From Candidatus Fraserbacteria bacterium (GTDB taxonomy: Bacteria > Bipolaricaulota > Bipolaricaulia > RBG-16-55-9 > JANLFV01), in NCBI GenBank assembly GCA_037446135.1, contig JBBIJD010000021.1:1-24372 (forward strand): a stretch of DNA of 24,372 nucleotides. Direction: 5' to 3'. The number at the start of each line of letters is the position of its first letter. Positions within the stretch are counted from its first letter, which is position 1. A program made the position numbers and the translations under genes. This document shows positions 16,980-24,372 of the stretch, in pieces. The notes below the pieces were generated by a model. That model was not told the origin of the DNA, did not search any database, and saw only the letters and a list, made by a program, of their open reading frames with translations.

Positions 16980-19900
16980 GAGAAGCCCGTCCCGGCGGGG
17001 ATCTTCTTCCCCACGATGATATTCGGCTTCAGCCCTTCCAAGCGGTCGATCTCCCCCCGGAGGGCCGCCTCAGCGAGGATCGTCGTTGTCCGCTGGAACG
17101 AGGCGGCGGAGAGGAAGGATTTCGTCTCCAGCGCGGCCTTGGAGATCCGGAGCATCACCCGCTCCCCGCTGGGGAGCCGCCACTCCTTGATCCGGACTGT
17201 CTCCGGCCCGCCCCCTCGGGCGATCGTCACCTCTGCGACTCCCGCTTGGAGGAGCTGGGCAAGCATCTCCTCCGTCAGGGCGGCCCCGGCCGGGGCGAGG
17301 AGCTCATCCCCCACGCGGACCTCGGCGGCGAGGGTCGCGCCCAGGAGCCCCTCCCGGGCCTCGCGGATCTCCCGGTTCTCTCGGAGGAGCCGCTCCCGCT
17401 CGGCATTGAACTCCTCGAGGACCACGAGCTGGTTGGGGAAGAAACGGGAGTCCCCAGGGTCCTCAACTCGGACATTGTTCAACATCTGGCGGATCACCAA
17501 CTCGATGTGCTTGTCATTGATATCGACTCCCTGGCTCTTATAGACCTTATGGATCTCGGTGAGGAGGTATTCCCTAGCCCGCTCGACCCCCGCGACCTTG
17601 AGGAGGAAGTGGGGCGAGGTGACGCCCTTGGAGAGGAGGTCGCCGCGGCGGACCTTGTCCCCGACCCGGACGATCGGGGAACTGGTGGAGGGGAGCTCGA
17701 TCTTGCTCTCGTAGTGGAAGGTGATCTCCGCCAGGCCGTCTCGCTCCTCGACCCAGTCGACCACTACCCAATCACGCTCGGGGAGGTTCCGCAGGCGGAA
17801 GAACTGCTCCCCCTTCTCCAAGTGGGCCCCGTCCTCGCGGAGGAGCTCGAGGTCCGGGGTCAGGGTCAGTTCCCGCCCCCCCTCCTTCGGGTGGTAGATG
17901 ATCGCCTCACCGTCGCGGAGGAGGAGTTGGCCGCTCTTCTCCGCCTTGAGGATGATCGGGGTAGAGCGGGTGGTGAGTTTCTCCCCTTGCTTGACCTGGT
18001 CGCCGACCTGAACCTGGCAGCGGGCCCCGCGAGGGATCGGGTGCTCGAACCGCTGACCCCGGTCGTCGCGGATGATGATGGCCCGCTTCCCATCCTGGAT
18101 GATCTCCTCAACGACCCCATCGGTCTGGGCTAGGGTCGGCCCCTCATGATATGGTGCGGTGATCGGGGTCCCGGCCTCGACCCACTGGCCGTCCTGGAGC
18201 TTGACCTCGACCCCCGCCGGGAGGGAGTAGCGACAGATCTCCTTAGGGATGATCAGGACGCTCTTCTTCCCATTTCGCTGGATGATTCGGAGCTCCCCGC
18301 TGCTCGGGCTGGTCCGGGCGATGATCTCACCGAGCTGGAGCTCGTCGCCCGGCTTGGCCCGGCAGAGCGGGAGCGGGACGGTAATCTTCTTCTCCTCCCC
18401 GCGGATCCGGACGAGCTGGGTCCCCTGGGGGGTCGGCTCGAAGCCGAGGACATTCCCGTTGATGTCGGCGATCTTCCCTTCGGCCGAGCGGAGGGCCTTC
18501 CTTGCCTCAAAGAGCTCCTCCGCGCGGGGGAGACCTTGAGTGATGTCGACCCCGGCGATCCCGCCGGTGTGGAAGGTCTTCATCGTTAATTGGGTCCCCG
18601 GCTCGCCGATCGACTGGGCCGCGATCACCCCGACGGCCGTCCCCAATGCCACGAGCCGGTGATTAGAGAGGTCAAGGCCATAGCACTTCTGACAGACCCC
18701 GCGGCGGGTCTCACAGGTCATCGGGGAGCGGATGACGATGTTCGGCCTGACAGTGACCTCGGGGACGCCGCTCGAGCGGAGCCGCTCGGCCAGATAGTCA
18801 TTGATCAGCTCATCCTGGCGGACGAGGACGAAGTTCGTCTTGGGGTCCCGAATGTCGGCCACGCTCTTCATCCCGATCACGCGGTCGAGGAACTTCGGGT
18901 CGTTCGTCTTGACGGTGAACTGGAGCCGCCCCAGCTTGCTGGCCTTCTCCTTCCCGATCAGCTCACCCCGCTCGAGGTAGACCTCCCCGTCATAGCGGAT
19001 CTCCTGAGCGGCGACCCGGCCATAGATCCGCTCCTCGATTGTCTCCATCACCTCGCCACGCCCGTAGTAGAGGGGATCGACCTCGATCCCATTGGCTGTC
19101 CCGCAGTCCTCTTCCTTGACGATCAACTCCTCCGTGGCATCGACGAGCCTCCGGGTGAGATAGCCCGAGTCGGCGGTCTTGAGGGCCGTGTCAGCCGTCC
19201 CCTTCCGCCCGCCGTGGGTGGAGATGAAATACTCCAGGCAGGAGAGGCCCTCGCGGAAGTTCGATTTGACGGGCATCTCGATGATCCGCCCCGTGGGGTC
19301 GGCCATCGGGCCGCGGATCCCCGCGAGCTGGGTCACCTGGGTGGCGCTCCCTCTGGCCCCGGAGCGGACGATGTTGTAAATTGGGTTGAACCGATACTTC
19401 GCGAAGTTCCGCATCGTCGCCTCGCGGACCCGGTCGACCGTCTCCCGCCAGATGCTGATTACTGCCGCCTTCCGCTCCTCCTCGGTCGCCAGGCCCCGCT
19501 CGTAGTCCTCATTGGCCTTTGCTACCCGTTCCTCGGCCTTGCGGAGGAGCTCCCCCTTCTCCGGGGGGATGAGGGCATCCATGATCGAGATCGTCAGGCC
19601 CGATTGGGTGGCGACCTTGAATCCGAGCTCCTTCAGGTCATCGAGGAGTTGGACCGTCCGCTCCAGCCCGTGTCGATGGTAGCACTCCATGATGACCCGC
19701 TCGATCTCCTTCCCCGTGAAGACCATATTGAAGTTCCGCAGATCTGGGGGGAAGAGGAGGTTGAGCTTGACTCGCCCGAGGGTCGTCTCTAGGAGCTTCC
19801 CGTCGAGGCGGACCTTGATCGGCGTGTGGAGGGTGATGACCCTCTCCTCATGGGCCCGCTCGGCCTCTCTGACGCTCGAGAAGGCCTTCCCCTTCCCCGG

Positions 19901-21865
19901 GCCATTGGGGTCCTCCAGTGTGAGGTAGTAATAGGCGAAGATCAAGTCCTGGGCCGGCTCGGAGAGGGGCTCCCCACGGGCCGGAGAGAGGATGTTCTTC
20001 GAGGAGAGCATCAGCTCCCTTGCCTCCTGAATCGCCTCCTTCGAGAGGGGGAGGTGGACCGCCATCTGGTCCCCATCGAAGTCCGCGTTATAGGGTGGGC
20101 AGACGAAGGGGTGGATCTGAATGGCATCCCCATCGACTAGAATCGGCTCGAAGGCCTGGATCCCCAGGCGGTGGAGCGTGGGGGCTCGATTCAAGAGGAC
20201 CGGGTGCTCTTTGATCAGCTCCTCGAGGATATCCCAGACCTGGGGCATCTCCCCTGAGAGGGCCTTATTCTTGATCTCATCATAGTTGGTGATCAGCCGC
20301 GTCTCCAGCCGGTTGAGGATGAACGGCTTGAAGAGCTCGAGGGCCATCTTCTTCGGGATCCCGCACTGGTGGAGCTTGAGCTGGGGGTTGACCACGATCA
20401 CCGCCCGTCCGGAGTAGTCGACCCGCCTCCCCAAGAGATTCCGGCGGAGCCGGCCATGTTTCCCCTGGATCCGCTCGGAGAGGGAGAGGAGCGGCCGGTT
20501 ATCGCGCCCGAGGATCGGGTTCTCCTTCTTCTCGTTGTAGATGAGGGCGTCGACCGCCTCCTGGAGCATCCGCCGCTCATTCCTCAGGATCACTTGCGGC
20601 GCGCCCATCTCCATCAGCTTCTTCAGGCGGTTGTTCCGGTTGATGATCCTCCGATAGAGATCGTTGAGGTCGGTGGTGGCGAACTTCCCACCCTCCAGCT
20701 GGACGATCGGGCGCAAGGAGGGCGGGAGGACAGGGATGATCGTGAGGACGATGTCCTGGGGGCGATTCCCCGACTTGCGGAGCTGCTCCACGATCTCCAG
20801 GCGCTTGAGGAGTCGGGTCCTCTGGCTCTCGGCCTCCTCGGCTGAGAGCTTCTCGCGGAGCTCGCGGCTCAATTGCTCGAGGTCCAAGCTCTCCAGGACA
20901 CCCTTGATCCCCAATGCCCCGGTCTGGGCCTCGAACTGGCCCTTGTAGACCAGCTCATAGGCCCGCTTCTCCAGCTCCCAGACGGTATCACCGACCTTGA
21001 GCGGGATCTCCGGGCTCTTCACCCTGGTGACGAGGAAGAGGAGGTTGTCGACCTCCTCGACGAGCTTCTCCCCCTTTAATTCGTAGAGCCTCTCAAAGAG
21101 CTTGAATTTCGTCTCCGAGAGGACCTCGGCCTTCGTCGGGGCGGGTGCGAGGAGGGCCCCCTCCTCGACCTCGGCCCCCTCCTCGACGAGGAGCTCCGCC
21201 TCGGGCGAGAGGGGATGCTCCTCCCCGCCCAAGCGGAGGAGGAGGATCTCCTCGCCGTTCTCTAGCTTCTTCTTCGTGAGCGAGACCTTCCCACTCGCGC
21301 GAGCGAGGACCTCCGGCGCCTGGGTGACGGCGTAGGCCGGCTCGGCGGTGAACTCTTTCTTCCCCGCCAGGATCTTATACTCCATCTCGGAGAGGAGCTC
21401 ACCCGGCTCAAGATCAGGATCGCCGGAGGAGATGATGAGGAACTGCTCCTGTGGGATCGGCTCGGTCTCGTAGTAGATGATCCGCCTCAGGATATTCCGC
21501 TTGATCCCCAACAGGATCGAGAGCGGGGAGGAGATCCCTTGGATGAACCAGAAATGGACGACCGGGCTGGCGAGGGTGATGTGGCCCATATTGACCCGGC
21601 GGGCAGAGCTGTCAGTGACCAGGACATGGCACTTCTCGCAGACGATCCCCTCGAACTTCCGGCCACGGTATTTCCCGCAGGCGCACTCGTAATCATTGAC
21701 CGGGCCGAAGATCTCCTCCGCGTAGAGCCCGCCCCGCTCAGGCTTGTGGGTCCGGTAGTTGATCGTCTCTGACTCCGTGACCTCGCCTTTAGACCAACTG
21801 AGGATCTCCTCCGGGGAGGCCAACCCGATCCGGAGGCTCCCGAGATCATCAGGGCTGATAATCAT
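16967..21865 (-). CDS. rpoC: DNA-directed RNA polymerase subunit beta' (1632 aa, with lineage-specific insertions)
   Basis: Zn finger CACGKY...[23 protein letters not shown], catalytic NADFDGD (aa 593), bridge helix [53 protein letters not shown]. Confidence 0.99.
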   Translation of the reverse strand: MIISPDDLGSLRIGLASPEEILSWSKGEVTESETINYRTHKPERGGLYAEEIFGPVNDYECACGKYRGRKFEGIVCEKCHVLVTDSSARRVNMGHITLASPVVHFWFIQGISSPLSILLGIKRNILRRIIYYETEPIPQEQFLIISSGDPDLEPGELLSEMEYKILAGKKEFTAEPAYAVTQAPEVLARASGKVSLTKKKLENGEEILLLRLGGEEHPLSPEAELLVEEGAEVEEGALLAPAPTKAEVLSETKFKLFERLYELKGEKLVEEVDNLLFLVTRVKSPEIPLKVGDTVWELEKRAYELVYKGQFEAQTGALGIKGVLESLDLEQLSRELREKLSAEEAESQRTRLLKRLEIVEQLRKSGNRPQDIVLTIIPVLPPSLRPIVQLEGGKFATTDLNDLYRRIINRNNRLKKLMEMGAPQVILRNERRMLQEAVDALIYNEKKENPILGRDNRPLLSLSERIQGKHGRLRRNLLGRRVDYSGRAVIVVNPQLKLHQCGIPKKMALELFKPFILNRLETRLITNYDEIKNKALSGEMPQVWDILEELIKEHPVLLNRAPTLHRLGIQAFEPILVDGDAIQIHPFVCPPYNADFDGDQMAVHLPLSKEAIQEARELMLSSKNILSPARGEPLSEPAQDLIFAYYYLTLEDPNGPGKGKAFSSVREAERAHEERVITLHTPIKVRLDGKLLETTLGRVKLNLLFPPDLRNFNMVFTGKEIERVIMECYHRHGLERTVQLLDDLKELGFKVATQSGLTISIMDALIPPEKGELLRKAEERVAKANEDYERGLATEEERKAAVISIWRETVDRVREATMRNFAKYRFNPIYNIVRSGARGSATQVTQLAGIRGPMADPTGRIIEMPVKSNFREGLSCLEYFISTHGGRKGTADTALKTADSGYLTRRLVDATEELIVKEEDCGTANGIEVDPLYYGRGEVMETIEERIYGRVAAQEIRYDGEVYLERGELIGKEKASKLGRLQFTVKTNDPKFLDRVIGMKSVADIRDPKTNFVLVRQDELINDYLAERLRSSGVPEVTVRPNIVIRSPMTCETRRGVCQKCYGLDLSNHRLVALGTAVGVIAAQSIGEPGTQLTMKTFHTGGIAGVDITQGLPRAEELFEARKALRSAEGKIADINGNVLGFEPTPQGTQLVRIRGEEKKITVPLPLCRAKPGDELQLGEIIARTSPSSGELRIIQRNGKKSVLIIPKEICRYSLPAGVEVKLQDGQWVEAGTPITAPYHEGPTLAQTDGVVEEIIQDGKRAIIIRDDRGQRFEHPIPRGARCQVQVGDQVKQGEKLTTRSTPIILKAEKSGQLLLRDGEAIIYHPKEGGRELTLTPDLELLREDGAHLEKGEQFFRLRNLPERDWVVVDWVEERDGLAEITFHYESKIELPSTSSPIVRVGDKVRRGDLLSKGVTSPHFLLKVAGVERAREYLLTEIHKVYKSQGVDINDKHIELVIRQMLNNVRVEDPGDSRFFPNQLVVLEEFNAERERLLRENREIREAREGLLGATLAAEVRVGDELLAPAGAALTEEMLAQLLQAGVAEVTIARGGGPETVRIKEWRLPSGERVMLRISKAALETKSFLSAASFQRTTTILAEAALRGEIDRLEGLKPNIIVGKKIPAGTGFSRPA

Positions 21866-21869
21866 CGAT

Positions 21870-22316
21870 TCACCTCTCTTTATTGATCCCCTCTATTTCG
21901 GCCAGGGCGGAAGCGAAGTGGGTCCCCTTCCAGTAGATCCGTCGACAGCGGGGGCAGCGGCCGAACTCCGCCTGGCTCGCCAAAAGGTAAGCCGAGACAT
22001 GGTCCACGACCTCCTCCCGCTTCACCGGCTCGAGCGGGACATTGCACTCAAGACAACGGGTGAAGAGCCCACTTCTCTCGAGCCGGACGAGCTGGGAGAG
22101 TTCGCGGAGCTGCTCCCGCCAGTCGTCGGAGGAGATGAGAACCCCTCGAGAGCGGCGGGCCAGCTCCTCGTCCCGCGTGAGGAGGGTCCGCCCCTCGGCG
22201 CGGGCGAGTGCGAGCAGCGCGCGATCATCGAGATCGCGGGCGTAGAGCACATCATAGCCGAGGATGCGGAGCCACTTCGCCAGCTTCCCTAGCATCGTAT
22301 CAGCTAGGAATCTCAT
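21870..22316 (-). CDS. Mut7-C RNase domain protein (PIN-like fold with Zn ribbon; DUF82-like), 148 aa
   Basis: [53 protein letters not shown] match the family signature as I know it. Start set at ATG 22316 where the domain begins; the track extends the frame to 22436. Confidence 0.9.
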   Translation of the reverse strand: MRFLADTMLGKLAKWLRILGYDVLYARDLDDRALLALARAEGRTLLTRDEELARRSRGVLISSDDWREQLRELSQLVRLERSGLFTRCLECNVPLEPVKREEVVDHVSAYLLASQAEFGRCPRCRRIYWKGTHFASALAEIEGINKER

Positions 22317-22347
22317 CCCCACCCCTTGGGTCGGAGTGGCGGCCCCC

Positions 22348-22587
22348 TCAATCTTCGTGATGGACTCCCTCTCTCTCCCGTGCTCTTTCGCGGGCCCCTC
22401 CACCATTCCGGCGATAGTCGGTGGCATGGAACCCACTCCCTTTATAGACGATCCCCACCCGGGCGAGGCTCCGCCTGGCGGAGAGTCGGCCGCACCTCCC
22501 GCAAGCCTTCAAATGGTCAGTATTGACCGGTTCGAGGGAAGTGAATGTATAGCCACAATTATCACACTGATAGCGGTAGAGAGGCAT
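22348..22587 (-). CDS. FmdB-family zinc-ribbon protein
   Basis: MPLYRYQCDNCG...ACGRCG...VGIVYKGSGFHATDY is the typical MPxYxYxCxxCG...CxxCG...KGSGFyxTDY pattern; SD AGGAGG upstream. Confidence 0.88.
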   Translation of the reverse strand: MPLYRYQCDNCGYTFTSLEPVNTDHLKACGRCGRLSARRSLARVGIVYKGSGFHATDYRRNGGGARERAREREGVHHED

Positions 22588-22615
22588 CTTTCCCTCCTGA
22601 ATCCATGCCCATCAT

Positions 22616-22652
22616 AAAAAGGAGAGCTACCCCCGAGTCCGAGGGTCGCCCC
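22616..22652 (-). terminator. Terminator-like hairpin plus U-tract between the helicase gene and the Zn-ribbon gene
   Basis: Minus strand GGGGC-G-ACCCTCG-[GACT]-CGGGGGT-A-GCTCT-CC-TTTTT: 12-bp stem with G-U pairs and one G.A mismatch, then 5 U. Confidence 0.6.
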
Positions 22653-22656
22653 GGTT

Positions 22657-22685
22657 AGTATAACTCAAATCCCGGGGCTTTGCAA
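22657..22685 (-). promoter_or_regulatory. Putative sigma70/sigmaA promoter for the Zn-ribbon/Mut7-C/rpoC unit
   Basis: Minus strand TTGCAA (22685-22680), 17-nt spacer, TATACT (22662-22657), straddling the helicase stop codon. Confidence 0.7.
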
Positions 22686-24371
22686 GTCGGCGGGCTCGGG
22701 GGAGAAAGCTCCCTCCAGTTCTTCCTTCGGGAGTTCAGCCAGGAAGCGCGAGGGGGGGTTGAACAGGACCGTCCCATAGAGGGAGCGCTGGGCGGCGTAG
22801 GAGAGGTAGAGCCGCCGCTTGGCCCGCGTCATCCCCACATAGAGGAGGCGGCGCTCTTCCTCGATCTCCCCATCTTCGATCGCACGGAGGTGTGGGAGGA
22901 GTCCCTCCTCGAGCCCGATGAGGAAGACTACTCCGAACTCTAGCCCCTTGGCCGCATGGAGGGTCAAGAGGGCCACCCGCCCCTCCTCCCCACTGTAGCC
23001 ATCGGCCTCGGAGGCCAGGGCCACCCCCTCGAGGAACTCCTCGAGGCTCTTGTATTCCCGGAGCTGGCCGAGCACCTCCTGGATGTTCCCCAACCGCTCC
23101 TCCTCCCCCTCCAAGGACCGGAGGTAGCCGGTCCGGTCGAGCAATTCTCGGGCCAGCTCGCTCGGCGGGAGGTTGCTCTCTCGGAGAGTGGTGATCAACT
23201 CCACGAATTCCTTCAGCCGCTTGCGCACGCCGGGGCTGAGCGGGCTCCCATCCCCACGGGAGCTGGGCGCAAGGGCCTCCCAGAGGGTGAGCCCCTCTCG
23301 CGCGGCGTAGCTGCGGAGCGCCTCGATTGTCTTCTCCCCGATCCCCCGGCGCGGGCGGGCGAGGGCCCGGAGCAGACTCAGCTCGTCAGAGGGGTTGACG
23401 ATCAGCCGCAAGTAAGCGATGAGGTCCTTGACCTCCATCCGCTCATAGAAGCGGAGGCCGCGGACGACCTCGTAGGGGATCCCGAACCGGAGGAAGGTCT
23501 CCTCCAATGCCCGCGAGAGGGTATTGACGCGATAGAGGACGGCGATCTCTCCGAACTGGAGCCCCTCGACACGACGGAGACGCTCGATCTCCATCGCGAC
23601 ATACTGGGCCTCATCGAGCCCATCGACCGCCCCATAGAGATGGAGCGGGGGGCCCTCCCCCTTGACGGGCAAGAGCTCCTTCTCCTTTCGCAGCTCATTG
23701 TGCCTGATGAGGGCCTGGGCCGCGCGGAGGACCCGCCCGGGAGAGCGGTAATTCAAGCGGAGGCGGACGACCTTGGCCCGGGGGAAGTCCTCCTCGAAGC
23801 GGAGGAGCCAGCTCGGATCGGCTCCGCGCCAACTGTAGATCGCTTGGTCGTCATCCCCAACGACGCAGATGTTCCCATCTCGCCCGGCGAGGAGCTTGGT
23901 GAAGATGTATTGGGCATGGTTGATGTCCTGATACTCATCGACGAGGACGAACTTGAACCGCTCCTGATAATGGCTCAGGACCCGCGGCTCCTCGCGGAAG
24001 AGGCGGACGGTCAGCCTAATTAGGTCCCCGAAGTCGAGGGAATTGCTCCGCTCCAGGGCCTGTTCATAGCGCCGATAGGCAGTATAGGCTCCCTCGAGGA
24101 GGCCATCATCCAGTCGGCCTTCATACCGGCGAAGAAACCCGTCCGGTTCCAGAAGATTATCCTTGGCCCGCTCAATGAGCTGGGCGAGGAGGGCCGGGCT
24201 GAGCGGCTCTAGCCCCTGATCCTTAACGATCTCGCCGAGGAGATCGAGAGAGTCGTCCTCATCGAGGATGGTGAAGTTCCGCGTAAGCCGCTCCCCCCTC
24301 CTCACGAGGTGGGCCCAGTCTCGGAGGATCCGGGCGCAGGTGGCATGAAAGGTCTTGATCCAAGGGGCTTG
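22665..24371 (-). CDS. UvrD/PcrA/Rep-family SF1A DNA helicase (5' end beyond the window)
   Basis: Frame stays open past the track's start (24305) to the window edge (..WIKTFHATCARILR..); LVDEYQD, VVGDDDQAIYSWRGA, NYRS, LTLHAAKGLEF, EEERRLLYVGMTRA. Confidence 0.96.
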   Translation of the reverse strand, partial: QAPWIKTFHATCARILRDWAHLVRRGERLTRNFTILDEDDSLDLLGEIVKDQGLEPLSPALLAQLIERAKDNLLEPDGFLRRYEGRLDDGLLEGAYTAYRRYEQALERSNSLDFGDLIRLTVRLFREEPRVLSHYQERFKFVLVDEYQDINHAQYIFTKLLAGRDGNICVVGDDDQAIYSWRGADPSWLLRFEEDFPRAKVVRLRLNYRSPGRVLRAAQALIRHNELRKEKELLPVKGEGPPLHLYGAVDGLDEAQYVAMEIERLRRVEGLQFGEIAVLYRVNTLSRALEETFLRFGIPYEVVRGLRFYERMEVKDLIAYLRLIVNPSDELSLLRALARPRRGIGEKTIEALRSYAAREGLTLWEALAPSSRGDGSPLSPGVRKRLKEFVELITTLRESNLPPSELARELLDRTGYLRSLEGEEERLGNIQEVLGQLREYKSLEEFLEGVALASEADGYSGEEGRVALLTLHAAKGLEFGVVFLIGLEEGLLPHLRAIEDGEIEEERRLLYVGMTRAKRRLYLSYAAQRSLYGTVLFNPPSRFLAELPKEELEGAFSPEPADLQSPGI

Positions 24372-24372
24372 G

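Noticed and set aside
16967..21865. Intein or split gene as the cause of the long rpoC
   Set aside because: It is a single uninterrupted ORF. I saw no intein splice-junction (C/S...HN-C/S/T) or homing-endonuclease motifs, and the extra length is explained by repeated RNAP modules.
22588..22664. tRNA or known riboswitch in the GC-rich intergenic hairpin
   Set aside because: It is too short, has no cloverleaf or T-loop, and has no aptamer motif I recognise; kept only as a terminator-like element.
16958..24023. Long plus-strand ORFs (16958-18133, 18590-19792, 22956-24023; also 385-1131, 11596-12324, 14213-14989)
   Set aside because: They are antisense shadows of conserved genes in GC-rich DNA and show no recognisable motifs.
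24306..24372. Helicase apparently lacking Walker A (pseudogene?)
   Set aside because: The frame is open to the window edge; the N-terminus simply lies outside the window.

Overview
A GC-rich bacterial core-genome window with every real gene on the minus strand. In transcription order (right to left): 5'-truncated PcrA/UvrD helicase, FmdB-type Zn-ribbon protein, Mut7-C (PIN-like plus Zn-ribbon) RNase-domain protein, rpoC (1632 aa), then a tightly packed str+S10+spc+alpha superoperon: rpsL, rpsG, fusA, rpsJ, rplC, rplD, rplW, rplB, rpsS, rplV, rpsC, rplP, rpmC, rpsQ, rplN, rplX, rplE, rpsN, rpsH, rplF, rplR, rpsE, rplO, secY, adk, map, infA, rpmJ, rpsM, rpsK, rpsD, rpoA (runs off the left edge). 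I saw no RNA genes, mobile elements or CRISPR arrays. The content is housekeeping, but the architecture is unusual. (1) rpoC is not preceded by rpoB; it is the last gene of an apparent Zn-ribbon/Mut7-C RNase/rpoC unit with its own promoter and a terminator-like leader hairpin. (2) Beta' carries several module expansions, most strikingly about 5 SBHM-like repeats in the jaw, has no trigger-loop insert, and has an Arg-to-Lys change in the trigger loop. (3) tuf and rpmD are absent from their usual positions. (4) uS11 lacks its conserved basic C-terminal tail. (5) One perfect TTGACA-N17-TATAAT promoter appears to drive at least 32 genes. Thermus-like features (alpha GNPLRR motif, beta' clamp-region insert, Zn-binding S4/S14/L36/Adk) suggest a deep-branching lineage, possibly Ca. 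Bipolaricaulota; this is inference and was not verified.
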